A stretch of 34,421 bases of DNA from Octopus bimaculoides (Eukaryota), in the NCBI RefSeq assembly GCF_001194135.2, contig NC_068982.1, forward strand, positions 81,370,065 to 81,404,485, in the 5' to 3' direction. Within the stretch, counting starts at the first letter, position 1, and each line of letters opens with the position of its first letter. The notes under the pieces are model-generated. The model saw only the letters and a program-made list of their open reading frames with translations. It had not been told where the DNA came from and ran no database searches. Positions 21,830 through 34,159 of this stretch are shown here, one piece after another. Position numbers and translations under genes: made by a program.

Positions 21830-23150
21830 AAAATTAAATTTCTTACTTTCAGAGATTATTGAGAACTTCCCTTCTATCAGTGATGATTCCAACAGCTGGT
21901 TAAAGTTTTTCCTCTTTTCCTATTTCAAACCCTAATTTCTCTTTTCACCTATAGTTATATGCAAGTTGGGAGAGGTCGTAATTATTTCTATTGATTTAAA
22001 TCAATAATGTTCTTTTTCATTCACTATAAATACATTTCTGTAATTTATTTCATGTACACGATTTCTCTTGTTTTTCAAATCTCTACAGATTCTGCACTAA
22101 TGTTTATAGCTGTTTCTTGTAGAGTCCTTTATTTTGGGACTATTTTTAGTCGAGGACAAGCATTATGTTGTATCTCTTAATCACATATTTTTCCGTTTTC
22201 AAGTTATACAAGTGAACATTTGTTGTGTATCAAGTGAGAAGTTTTTGGCGGTTCCTTTATTCTAGATTTCCATATAGAATTTTTGTTTCTCTGTTTTCTA
22301 CATATTTATAAATTCTTGAATGAGACCTTGAACGACAGCAGCTATGATTTGTGCTCCACATTCTAGACCATTATTTGTACCTTTTATCAGTTGTTTAACA
22401 GCTTCATTAGTTAATAATATGTTTGTGGCTTCTGATTTTCGTGCCAGTGTACTTTCATATATCTGGGTTAGCTGTGATCCCTATATTTTCATTTAGGTGT
22501 AATCTGAAGTGCTAGTTTATGTAGGATTATATTTTATTGCTATTTTCACAACAAATCTGACGTTTAATGTACTTGAGACCACACTATGTCTGCAGTTATT
22601 CTTTGTCTCGTTTTGTTTCGCTTTTTTTTCCTGTATTTTACCTTCAGCATTTGATTGTAAAGTTTTCTGGTGGGTAAGTATCGGCTGATATGATCTTTCG
22701 TGTATCAGCTGTTAGCTTGTTTACTATTCTCTGTGCATTTGAGTTTTTTTCTTTCTGTCCTCGAGTGTCGTCTTTAACATCAACCATTCTACTTCCGTCT
22801 GTCTGTTCTTTCTAATTATTTCTCGTTTAATGTTTGCTCGTCTGTTTGCAACAATATTTTATCTGTTTTTAAATTTTTTTTTATTTTCGTCGGCAAATTT
22901 TATAAGTTTCTTTCTTATTTAATCTGTTACTAAGTAGACTTGGTAACAGAATAGAACGACTTTCTTCGTTTGCAACGTTCAGGAATTGCTCAGTATTTTA
23001 ATAGATGACCACATTGAGGAGTGGAGCTTTTTTGAATATTTCTGTTGTCTACCTAACTCTATATATATTCAACCCAATCTTTCTCTCTATGTGGGGCTTC
23101 CCTTCTTTATATGATCAGCCAGATTTTGTGGCCACAAACATTGAATTACT
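21830..23150 (-). mobile_element. Very old R4/Dong-like LINE remnant
   Basis: Minus-strand fragments such as AQIIAAVVQGLI, SHLIHNKCSLV, KYVIKRYN and VFIVNEKEH loosely fit the post-RT/CCHC/RLE region. Many stops; boundaries approximate. Confidence 0.4.
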
Positions 23151-23317
23151 CTCCCTCACATGTTTTTTGTGCAAATTGTTTGAAGTTGGCGGCATTTTAA
23201 AATGTAATTGACTTCTCATTTTTGTGATGTAAGAATTATTTGTAGTTCAACCTTGGTCTATTTATGCTGCTTAGAGACATTTTCAAAAAATATTCTTTGT
23301 AAACATGATGACATCTA

Positions 23318-23356
<39 letters not shown>

Positions 23357-23395
23357 GAGGAGGAGGAGGAGGAGGAGGAGGAGGAAGACGAAGAG
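23318..23395. repeat. (TAG)n(GAG)n microsatellite
   Basis: Direct reading. Confidence 0.95.
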
Positions 23396-23829
23396 AAGGA
23401 GAAGGAGGAAGGGAGCAGGAGCAAGAGGAGCAGGAGGAACAGGAGCCATCGGTAATGGTAGCAGGAAGTTTTCCTATGGAGAAGGGTGAAAGAAACGACA
23501 TTCCCTCCCCCAAAGAATTTGGAAATATTAAAAAATAAAGATGATTTAAACAATGTCGACAGTAGTTGCATCCAAATAAGCATATTCATGAATAAACATA
23601 ACAATAAGTAAAAGGAAATGTAATAACGATATTGTTTGTAATAGTATCACTATCAGTGAAATTATGCGACAATTTAATAATCATTTTAAAACTTCACTCC
23701 TTAACACTCCTTAACTTTCAGTATCTGCAATGCCTTCCTGTTGACTCTGTTTCAGACCCTCTTTATAGAGTTCTGTTCCGATGAAGTGTACACTGTTACA
23801 TTTTAACGCTAATTATAATTCATCATTAC

Positions 23830-24404
23830 AGCCTGACTCGTATTCATACCATTTTTTTCTCTCACTTCGAATCTACAAACATCACAATGCAACTCATTTA
23901 CTGACACAGTCATACTTCCTTGCACTTATAACCTACTAAACTCAGAGAATGGTTAATTCTTTCGTCCCCTTTACCAGAACTTTTGCATTTGCTCTGTGAC
24001 TAAATATTATTACTCCTTGACTTTAACAAATTACTCTAATAATTTGTTCCTGATCAAATCAGCGATTCATCTTCTTTGAGATTTCACCTGTCAGCCACAT
24101 TCAGGGTTCTTCCAAGATCCTCGGTTTGTTGCATAAATTGGCTATGCAATTCCATTCTTTTCCATCTGCTTATTCTATTGAATTCAGTAGAATAAGCAGA
24201 TGGAAAATCAAATCTTTGGGTATCTCTAGCTGCCGATAATATTCTTTCTTTACCCTGCACGACATGATTTTTCAACCCCAGTAAGGGTGTCTTCTGCATT
24301 TATTAATCATCTGCCTCCTTCCTTTGTTGATGGGTAGAGTCTGCCGGTAATACTTTTAGGATGGTGTGCGTTGTGGATTGTGAGCAACTGTATCTTTCTT
24401 CTAC
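23830..24404 (-). mobile_element. R4/Dong-type LINE fragment (post-RT to zinc-knuckle region)
   Basis: RKIQLLTIHNAHHPKSITGRLYPSTKEGGR*LINAED...RWKRMELHSQFMQQTE...WLTGE...DERINH...KWYEYE. Confidence 0.75.
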
Positions 24405-24835
24405 CTAAGCTTTTGCGTTTGATAGGGTTGACCATCAATACTTGACAGCTTTTCTCAAGGCTGCTTGTTTCGGGCTGTCTTTAGAAGCTGGATTGCTGCT
24501 ATGTACAGTGACATTTGCTCGGTAGTCACAGTAAATGGCCACTTAGTGTCATACGTCCGGTCCGTCAAGGATGCCACCTCTCACCACTTCTGGGCGTACT
24601 GACTCCAGAGTCACTACCGCAGAAGTTTGGAGGAGCATCCCGCGTGAACTAGAACGTGCAAAATATGTTTGCATATGCGGACGACATCACTACAGTAGTA
24701 TCGAACACAAAACACATCAAGGTGATCGACCTACTCTGAGGAACTACAAGACTATAACAGGAGCAAAAATTAGCCAGATGTCAGTGGGCCTGTAACTAGG
24801 CAGCTGAAGAGGAAGGTCCATGCCGTCGAATAGTG
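24405..24835 (+). mobile_element. Tx1/L1-type LINE RT fragment A
   Basis: FDRVDHQYLTAFLKAA...WIAAMYSDICSVVTVNGHL..SVRQGCHLSPLL...FAYADDITTVV...TLRNYKTITGAKI. Confidence 0.85.
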
Positions 24836-24839
24836 ACAT

Positions 24840-25228
24840 GAAGAGTTGAGTGAGGGCGTGGTTTGGTCGGAGAAGCTCAAATGTGTGCGATCCCCAATAG
24901 ATCTGCCTGCGGCAACCTCCACCACATGCGTTGCATCATAGACGGAGTGCGTAGAAAATTTGACATCGGTGGGGCTCTGACCAATTTGGATTAGTTAAAA
25001 GTCTTCGATAGTCTCGGCCATCGCTACTTGGCAGCTGTCTTAAAAGCAGCCGGTTTCGACCTCGTTTCCAAAAGTTGGATTGCAGCAATGCACACTGACA
25101 CGTACTCGGTGGTATAAGTAAACGGCAACCTCTCAGAACAATTTTCTATTTCGTGTGCGATCCGTCAGGAGTGTCGTTTCTCATTTTGTACGTTCTGACG
25201 CTCGAATCTTTGCTGCAGAAGCTAGAAC
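24840..25228 (+). mobile_element. Tx1/L1-type LINE RT fragment B
   Basis: LVGEAQMCAIPNRS..NLHHMRCII...GGALTNLD*LKVFDSLGHRYLAAVLKAAGF...WIAAMH...VNGNLSEQFSI..IRQEC...LYVLTLESLLQKLE. Confidence 0.85.
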
Positions 25229-25329
25229 TTTTGAGAGACACCTAAGTATATTATGTATACTTTTATCGTATTTCACCGTCTTTTCCATTCTTTTCTTCTC
25301 CATCCATTACGTAAATCTCCACAGAAACT

Positions 25330-25669
25330 TTTATTATTATTTTATGTTTGACTTTTGTTTTGCATTTGTACAAGTTGGATCCAAGTCTCACCCAGAGACC
25401 TCAAGAGACAACAAGTTAGAAGTTCATGTAGGTGTTATGCCTAGGGTACCATATATTTGAATTTGTACAGTTTTGTTCTAGTGAATGTTTAAGAAACCAT
25501 AAGAAAATTGTTTGTTTTAAAATTTGAGATCATATAGACAGTATTTTACGTAGGATATGGGCAGTTCCCATGAGCACTATCTTTTGAACTTCAGCCATTT
25601 TGGGGTTTCCTGGTATCTGAGCTAGGTAGTAATCAGCCCGTTTCGCCGTCATTCTCAGGGCACCTATGA
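25330..25669 (-). mobile_element. 3' end of a Dong/R4 LINE with 3' UTR and short TAA tail
   Basis: IGALRMTAKRADYYLAQIPGNPKMAEVQKIVLMGTAHILRKILSI* (TGA at 25532-25530), ~190 nt UTR, ends AAATAATAATAA. The 5' part lies in gap 25670-26507. Confidence 0.85.
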
Positions 25670-26507
25670 NNNNNNNNNNNNNNNNNNNNNNNNNNNNNNN
25701 NNNNNNNNNNNNNNNNNNNNNNNNNNNNNNNNNNNNNNNNNNNNNNNNNNNNNNNNNNNNNNNNNNNNNNNNNNNNNNNNNNNNNNNNNNNNNNNNNNNN
25801 NNNNNNNNNNNNNNNNNNNNNNNNNNNNNNNNNNNNNNNNNNNNNNNNNNNNNNNNNNNNNNNNNNNNNNNNNNNNNNNNNNNNNNNNNNNNNNNNNNNN
25901 NNNNNNNNNNNNNNNNNNNNNNNNNNNNNNNNNNNNNNNNNNNNNNNNNNNNNNNNNNNNNNNNNNNNNNNNNNNNNNNNNNNNNNNNNNNNNNNNNNNN
26001 NNNNNNNNNNNNNNNNNNNNNNNNNNNNNNNNNNNNNNNNNNNNNNNNNNNNNNNNNNNNNNNNNNNNNNNNNNNNNNNNNNNNNNNNNNNNNNNNNNNN
26101 NNNNNNNNNNNNNNNNNNNNNNNNNNNNNNNNNNNNNNNNNNNNNNNNNNNNNNNNNNNNNNNNNNNNNNNNNNNNNNNNNNNNNNNNNNNNNNNNNNNN
26201 NNNNNNNNNNNNNNNNNNNNNNNNNNNNNNNNNNNNNNNNNNNNNNNNNNNNNNNNNNNNNNNNNNNNNNNNNNNNNNNNNNNNNNNNNNNNNNNNNNNN
26301 NNNNNNNNNNNNNNNNNNNNNNNNNNNNNNNNNNNNNNNNNNNNNNNNNNNNNNNNNNNNNNNNNNNNNNNNNNNNNNNNNNNNNNNNNNNNNNNNNNNN
26401 NNNNNNNNNNNNNNNNNNNNNNNNNNNNNNNNNNNNNNNNNNNNNNNNNNNNNNNNNNNNNNNNNNNNNNNNNNNNNNNNNNNNNNNNNNNNNNNNNNNN
26501 NNNNNNN

Positions 26508-26556
<49 letters not shown>

Positions 26557-26792
26557 AAGGTAGCGAGTTGGCAGAATAGTTAGCACGCCGGGCGAAATGC
26601 TAAGCGGTATTTCGTCTGCCGTTACGTCCTGGGTTTCAAATTCCGCCGAGGTCGACTTTGCCTTTCATCTTTTCGGGGTCGATGAATTAAGTACCAGTTA
26701 CGCACTGGGGTCGATGTAATCGACTTAATCCCTTTGTCTGTCCTTGTTTGTCCCCTCTATGTTTAGCTCCTTGTGGGCAATAAAGAAATAAG
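26557..26792 (+). mobile_element. Full-length tRNA-derived SINE family A
   Basis: TGGCAGAATAGTT A-box-like, GGTTTCAAATTCC B-box-like, body GAGGTCGACTTTGCCTTTCATC...GGGGTCGATGAATTAAGTACCAGTT, A-rich tail AATAAAGAAATAAG. Confidence 0.9.
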
Positions 26793-26975
26793 AATCCTTA
26801 GCGCGTTAGACAAAATTCTAAGCAGGATTTCTTAAAGCCATCAGATATCAACTTTACCTTTCATTCTTTCGGGTTCGATGAAATAAGTACCAGTTGTGCA
26901 CTGGGGTCGATGTAATGTACTAGCCCCTTTCCCCTTCCATTATCAGGCCTTGTACCTATAGTAGAAAGAATTATT
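26793..26975 (+). mobile_element. Second, more degenerate family A SINE in tandem
   Basis: CTTTACCTTTCATTCTTTCGGGTTCGATGAAATAAGTACCAGTTGTGCACTGGGGTCGATGTAAT repeats 26655-26720. Confidence 0.8.
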
Positions 26976-26978
26976 ATG

Positions 26979-26979
26979 G

Positions 26980-27017
<38 letters not shown>

Positions 27018-27108
27018 CTTCTTCTTCTTCTTCTTCTTCTTCTTCTTCTTCTTCTTCTTCTTCTTCTTCTTCTTCTTCTTCTTCTTCTTCTTCTTCTTCT
27101 TCTTCTTC
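26979..27108. repeat. (GTT)n(CTT)n microsatellite
   Basis: Direct reading. Confidence 0.95.
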
Positions 27109-27909
27109 ATTATTATTCTTTATTATTCTTTCTTCATTAGACATTAAGGTGCCAATTATTCGAGTAAAACGGTGCTCACAGTGCCGTATTTCTAGTAGGA
27201 TTAAGAACATCCACCAAACAATGAGACAAGGGTTATTTTAACCTAAATTCCACCTCCCCCCCATCCCCAGTCCTCACTGAAAACAAAACAAAAAAAGATA
27301 ATAAATAATAAAAAGAAATCAATACTTCAAGTACGGAGTCAAAGTACATTTATGTCGTCATTACAACCATTTATTAATCAATTAAGAATATGTATTAATT
27401 GCTTAATTACTGAAACACAAAATTAGAAAATACAGCAACATCAACAACGATAAAACCTACAGCAAAATGCACTCAGCCAGCTTATCTTTCGTATGGAACT
27501 ACGATATCAAAGAAATATGTTATATATATTTTATTTATTTTGTTTTTTTCTTATTTGAATTTGTGTGTGAGAGAGTGAGTCAATGTGTGTGTATGTGTGC
27601 GTAGGAGTTTGTAGAAGTGTGGGTGAGGAGGGCATAATTCCTTGTTCAAATTAAAGTCGTTTTTCTTTTTTATTTCAAATCATTACCATTTACTCACGGC
27701 TCATTAATAAACGATTTTTAATAGGAAAAAAAGTAAAATTTTAATAAACTTTTGCTTGCTTCCCCTGAAGCCAGAAGTTAGTTGGCGATAATTATGGAGA
27801 ATTGTTTGTGCTAATTTGTTTACTATTTACACTATGAATTAATTAGTTGAGAAAAATCTTTGCATCAATTATTTATTAGCATTACGAGTATTTATTATTA
27901 TTATAATTA

Positions 27910-28021
<112 letters not shown>

Positions 28022-28065
28022 CACGAAGCCAGAAATTGGAGGGAGAACGAGAAGATGATATCTAG

Positions 28066-28131
28066 AAGGATCTCAGTACTTAACTAGTATTTATTTTCTT
28101 GACCTCGGAAGGGTGAAAAGCAAAATTGACC

Positions 28132-28135
<4 letters not shown>
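28066..28135 (-). mobile_element. Short SINE family A fragment
   Basis: CAGTACTTAACTAGTATTTATTTT..GACCTCGGAAGGGTGAAAAGCAAAATTGACC is the reverse complement of the family A body. Confidence 0.6.
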
Positions 28136-28162
<27 letters not shown>

Positions 28163-28192
28163 AAGAAGAAGAAGAAGAAGAAGAAGAAGAAG

Positions 28193-28223
<31 letters not shown>

Positions 28224-28252
28224 GCAACAACAACAACAATAACAACAACAAT

Positions 28253-28286
<34 letters not shown>

Positions 28287-28290
28287 GCGA
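28136..28290. repeat. (GAA)n(CAA)n microsatellite
   Basis: Direct reading. Confidence 0.95.
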
Positions 28291-29449
28291 CAACATTCAA
28301 TTATAACCACAAGGCTACTTTTAATTATCGTGACATAAATCCTCCCCTATACTTCACAACGATTTAGGGTTACCGACATTATTTAATAAAAGTAGAACTT
28401 GACTTTTAGGATTCAAAGCGTAAGAAGGGTTTATTAAACGCCGTCAAGTGATCAGCTGATTCCAACATCCGAAGCCGTTTGTAAAAATTATATTGATAAT
28501 TTATTGCCACATCAGCAACAGATGAATCACTTTAGAACGAGGAGCTACAAATGAAAGAAAATCTGAATTAATTAAAGTATTAAAGGATCCCATAGATCCC
28601 TAATTACTAAGGGCAATGTAATCTGGTTATGACCTCAGGTTGACCGGCGTATACTCAGAGTAGATTCACTCAGTTGCTTCACTCCAGTTACTCACTGACA
28701 CTAATGAGTAGATACCAGGAATGTTTTCAGACGCCTGAAGGAGTTTGGTTGACCGGCCCCAATTAGGGTACAAACTTTTGCTGACATTAAAGTATTACTT
28801 CTGCCGTTATTCACATTCATAAGCACTGACATACAAATCTAGGCACTCGAGACAATTCGATGTAGACCAGTGATATGAATGCTATTAGCTAGAAGAAATA
28901 CGTGTGCGACTTCGAAATTCTTGTTGCGCGGATGGTTATGAAATCTTCACAGAAAGATATGAGATCGTTTAGAAGACCAAAAGTATTAGAAGACCAAAAC
29001 CCTTATGTTAACAACCTAAGCTCTTGAATGACCCTGAAAAATCCGAGTGTTAAACAGTCTTGCTTATGTACAAAGTTTTCTATAATATTCCAAGGGCTTC
29101 AGATGTGGTCCTTATCAGAAGTTCTTCGAGAAGGGTGCTGCAATGAAGTTTCCCTACTCCTTTGAGTACATTATATCTTTTGCTGCTATCCCTCGGCCTT
29201 TATTAGTGATTCCAAATATACCTGCTAATATTTAGTTCTATGAAACTATTACTGTTTTGCGTTGTGTTTTAATATATTTATGTTTGTCTGGGTGTAGTGA
29301 TAGAAATGGTATTCTTAAAATATTTTTGTAGAAGTGTTCTAAAGAATTCCAAATGTTTCAGTTTATTTTTGGAATGATCTGTACCTACGCGATAGAACAA
29401 TAAACCGAGAGCAGAAGCGGAAGTAGGAAGGGTGATAAACAAGGCTCAC

Positions 29450-30110
29450 ATACCTAAATGGAGACGACCTAGAGAGTAAAACTGGTTGATTCTCTTTAAC
29501 ATTTGCACAAGGGGCAGCCATTGTAGTCAATGTTATTATAACAAATAGTATTTTGCCTTTATGCCAAGCACCCAACGACGTTATGAGAGTGAATGAATTT
29601 AACGCACTGTGACATCTTGGACAAACGCTGTTTTCTACGGCCTCGACTAGTTCCATACTTTTTGAGTGAAATTAGGAAGATGGGAATAGTACTGAAGCCC
29701 GTCCAGTGGAGTACAACATTCTCACACGATGTATCATAGAGATCATCACTTGGAATACTCATCCATTTGCATGTTAATTTAGGAGCAGCTAATTCAGTTG
29801 ATGGAACAACTGACCCCTCCTAGTCGAGCGACAGAGATCCTCTTTCATCAAAATGGCAACATCAGACAAAAGGTGATATTGAGGAGGGGAGGAGGAGAAT
29901 ACCATGATTTCGTTTGGAAAAAATCACGACTGTGGAGGGTTTCTACAAAAGTAATCCCTGTTGTTGTAGGTACCCTATCGGCAACAAACTTAACAGCCTT
30001 CTTATTAAGACTGGTGAAGCTACGAGAATTGCATTAGTTCAGAAATCTGCTCTTTTAGGAACAAGAACTGTAAGGAAAGTTCTGAATATCTAAGGGAACT
30101 GATAGTGACC
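29450..30110 (+). mobile_element. Decayed R4/Dong-type LINE 3' portion
   Basis: The clear C-terminus RLWRVSTKVIPVVVGTL...VQKSALLGTRT.RKVLNI* ends ~30093. The upstream part is only weakly alignable. Confidence 0.6.
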
Positions 30111-30164
30111 CAGCATCATGGACATTGAAGAATGTTCGTGCTCGACATAAATAATAATTGAGGC

Positions 30165-30560
30165 AGTGGCTCTCACAGTTTCTCATCTTAACAGCTTGGA
30201 ATTTATCATGTCCATTGTTTTGTCTTGGTATAAAAAGATGGGCTACAGCAAATATTCTACTCTATACCACAGATTTGCTTGTCAGATGTTTGACCTTAAC
30301 CAGTTGAGCATGTCCCTCAGTGGCTGACGATAGGTGCATCTCTGATCACGAATAGAAGTAGTGGGGGAGAATCATAGTCATGTGTTGAGAGGAATTCTTT
30401 GAGGTTTGACTAATTCACCTCTGGAAACATGGATGTTACATTCAACATCCTTAAACATGTGGTGCATGTGCCTGGTGTACCCTTATCAGACGGGTAGTCA
30501 TGATAGATATATTGGGCTTCGTATATCTGTACCTCAGTGTCACTTTGATTGCATGAGCTG
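30165..30560. mobile_element. Non-coding dispersed repeat (longer copy 2)
   Basis: 30245-30410 matches 13494-13660; the flanks are extended on memory of the family only. Confidence 0.65.
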
Positions 30561-30569
30561 CTCTCTCAC

Positions 30570-30617
30570 TCAACAACAACAACAACAACAATAATAATTA
30601 TAATAACAATAACAATG

Positions 30618-30685
<68 letters not shown>
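30570..30685. repeat. (CAA)n(TAA)n microsatellite
   Basis: Direct reading. Confidence 0.95.
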
Positions 30686-30687
<2 letters not shown>

Positions 30688-30859
30688 CAACGTTTCTCTA
30701 AAAGAAATGGAAAAACTTTCAAAATACAAAGACCTGGAAATAGAGATAACTCGAATGTGGAATCTAAAAACAGAAACAATTCCTATCATAGTAGGTGCCT
30801 TAGGTATAATAAAAAAATATTCAGACAAATACATAACAAAAACACCAGGACTTACAAAT
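30686..30859 (+). mobile_element. 5'-truncated Dong/R4 LINE within (TAA)n
   Basis: Uninterrupted DNVSLKEMEKLSKYKDLEIEITRMWNLKTETIPIIVGALGIIKKYSDKYITKTPGLTN (RLE endonuclease C-terminus); continues into gap 30860-31199. Confidence 0.85.
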
Positions 30860-31199
30860 NNNNNNNNNNNNNNNNNNNNNNNNNNNNNNNNNNNNNNNNN
30901 NNNNNNNNNNNNNNNNNNNNNNNNNNNNNNNNNNNNNNNNNNNNNNNNNNNNNNNNNNNNNNNNNNNNNNNNNNNNNNNNNNNNNNNNNNNNNNNNNNNN
31001 NNNNNNNNNNNNNNNNNNNNNNNNNNNNNNNNNNNNNNNNNNNNNNNNNNNNNNNNNNNNNNNNNNNNNNNNNNNNNNNNNNNNNNNNNNNNNNNNNNNN
31101 NNNNNNNNNNNNNNNNNNNNNNNNNNNNNNNNNNNNNNNNNNNNNNNNNNNNNNNNNNNNNNNNNNNNNNNNNNNNNNNNNNNNNNNNNNNNNNNNNNN

Positions 31200-31323
<124 letters not shown>

Positions 31324-31621
31324 TTATATAAAACAGTTTTGGTATAACTATGCAGGAATATATATGAAGTGTCAGTTGCGTTGAATTGTCGAATACTGAT
31401 ATATAATTACTGACAAGTTACAGCTGATGTCGTCGCTCAGTTTGTGATCGTGTTCTAGATAGTTTTATGGGAGAAAGGGTGCGGGTGGCGTGGCGTGCAC
31501 CTCACTCCATCAATAAATAAATAAATAAATAAATACATAAATAAAAGAACAGAAGATAGGATTCTCCTCACTGTTCAGGGTGGTGGGGTGGTTATGGGTT
31601 AGCGGCAACGGAAGTGGTGAC

Positions 31622-31659
<38 letters not shown>

Positions 31660-31750
31660 CGACGAGGAGAAGGAGTAGGGGAGGAAGGAAGGAATAATAA
31701 CCAACGTTCACATTCTTCGCCCAGCTTCTCCACAAAGAGTTTATCAATAC

Positions 31751-31806
<56 letters not shown>

Positions 31807-32854
31807 GTCGTCGTCACCGCCGTCGCCATCTCTGATGAACAATCACTGGGGTCGTTTACTTAAAGCTGTTTGTCCGTGATGTATGTGTAACAGCGACGCC
31901 ATTTTATCTATATTAGCCTATATGTGTCGCCCCTTAAAAATTCTTCGAGAGTCAGCGACACAAATTAAAACTGACGTTATGTTATTTCTTGGAGCAGTAA
32001 AAGAAATCTAAATCTTTGAGATGCTGAATTGACAACACTGAACGTTCCTCAATCATAAGATATCGATTCCAGTAACAAATTGAACCGACGCACTTTACAA
32101 TAAACTGTTTGGCCCTAAGTACAAATTATCAACACTTGATTTCGAACGTGTCACCCATCGACTGATTGATTGCTCTACAAGACATCATACATGACAATCT
32201 TGCTGTTGCATATATCTAAGTAAATACACATATAAAAATATAAGTATATATGTATGTACATGCACAGACATAAACACATACACGCGCGCGTGTGTGTGCA
32301 CTCATACATATATGCATACATACAAGTATACATACATACATACATACATACATACATACATACATACATACATACATACATGCACAATGGCTGTGTACTG
32401 CTGACAGAAAAGTGACAGCAATGTCCCCGCACAGATTTGAAGTCGAGTGCTGTACAAAAACCACGACTCACACAAGCAACACCAAGAAGCCCAGAGACAA
32501 GCAAAGAGCAAATTATCCCTCAGTAAAGCAGCGGGTTTTATATAAGAGCTGGCCTTCTCTTAGAGGGGTGCCTTGACAACGACCAGGGGTCCCTCATTCC
32601 CATTAGGTTTACTGCACCCTCAGACACCANNNNNNNNNNNNNNNNNNNNNNNNNNNNNNNNNNNNNNNNNNNNNNNNNNNNNNNNNNNNNNNNNNNNNNN
32701 NNNNNNNNNNNNNNNNNNNNNNNNNNNNNNNNNNNNNNNNNNNNNNNNNNNNNNNNNNNNNNNNNNNNNNNNNNNNNNNNNNNNNNNNNNNNNNNNNNNN
32801 NNNNNNNNNNNNNNNNNNNNNNNNNNNNNNNNNNNNNNNNNNNNNNNNNNNNNN

Positions 32855-32888
<34 letters not shown>

Positions 32889-33426
32889 CGTGTGATGAAC
32901 GGTCACACGTTTGGCGAGCACGTAATCAATATGTTATCCGGTGTCTGTTTTCGTGCCCATAGGAATAAACTCTGAGGGGCATGATAATATGATACGGTAG
33001 AAATCTCTTTGAACTTGATGACTTGCAAGCAACTGGTGCGTGAAATGACTAAACACTCATCTGAGCAGGTCTTTCACATCGGGTCACATGATGACATAAC
33101 AGTAATACAGATTATGTCAACGACAGATACAGCAGCCATGATGCACAATCAGGTGGACATAGAGATCTATGCTTAAAATACAAGCAGTGACCATCTACCT
33201 TACAGATATTTTGGCTGATTTCTGATTATCTAGTGGAGACATCCGGAACGATCAGCGTATACCACGACGGACGCACCGAGGTGAACAGAATGGAGAGGAT
33301 TGGTCGTAAAATTGTTTCCCTTTTATCTTTAAATTTCATTAAACTAAACAAAAGAATTTCAAAGTCCCTTCGAAAATTACATATTGTGAAAGCTTCTTGA
33401 GTAAAGCAAAGTTTAAACATTTTGGC

Positions 33427-33427
<1 letters not shown>

Positions 33428-33464
<37 letters not shown>

Positions 33465-33465
33465 A

Positions 33466-33524
<59 letters not shown>

Positions 33525-33525
33525 A
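33428..33525. repeat. (TAG)n microsatellite, tail of the adjacent minus-strand SINE
   Basis: Direct reading. Confidence 0.95.
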
Positions 33526-33740
33526 TTTCAAATTTTGGCACAAGATCAGCAAATTTGAAAGAAGGCGGCGACCTGATTGCATCAGTCTCATTACTTCACA
33601 GGTACTACATTTTACCGTTCCTGCTGGGTTGAAAGGCACAGGTGACCGCTGACCATACTGATATTTGAACTCATAACATAAAGAGCTGGAAAACATACAG
33701 CTAAGCGTTTTGTCCGACGCACTGACGATTCTTAAGCCCC
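33526..33740 (-). mobile_element. Degenerate full-length SINE family A
   Basis: TTTCAAATTTTGGCACAAG...GAAAGGCA....GACC...ATTTGAACTCA.AAC.TAAAG...GCTAAGC.TTT.GTCCGAC...GACGATTC mirrors 7800-8002. Confidence 0.7.
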
Positions 33741-34090
33741 ATTAATAATAAATATTTCTTCATTTGGCACCGGAGAATGAGATGACGATAATGAATGATA
33801 AACTAAGTCAAAATAAAGAAGATAATAAATATTTTGTTGAAGAAGTTATGGGCATGGGGAGACAGTATTGGGAAACATAGCACGAGATAAGGTTTTAAAG
33901 AACCAAATTGATGTTTGACACGCTACAAAATGTTGACCAATCAGAGTGCGCTGAACTATTTACCTGTCTGGGATAGCTTATGATGTTTTAGAAGTGATAA
34001 GGAAAAGAGAACAAATTATATGCCACCTTTATCCTCGAGCCAGCGCAAATACTCATGCATAAAATACACATTTATCTATCTATCTATCTA

Positions 34091-34116
34091 TCTATATATA
34101 TAAAAATGAGAATGTG

Positions 34117-34159
<43 letters not shown>

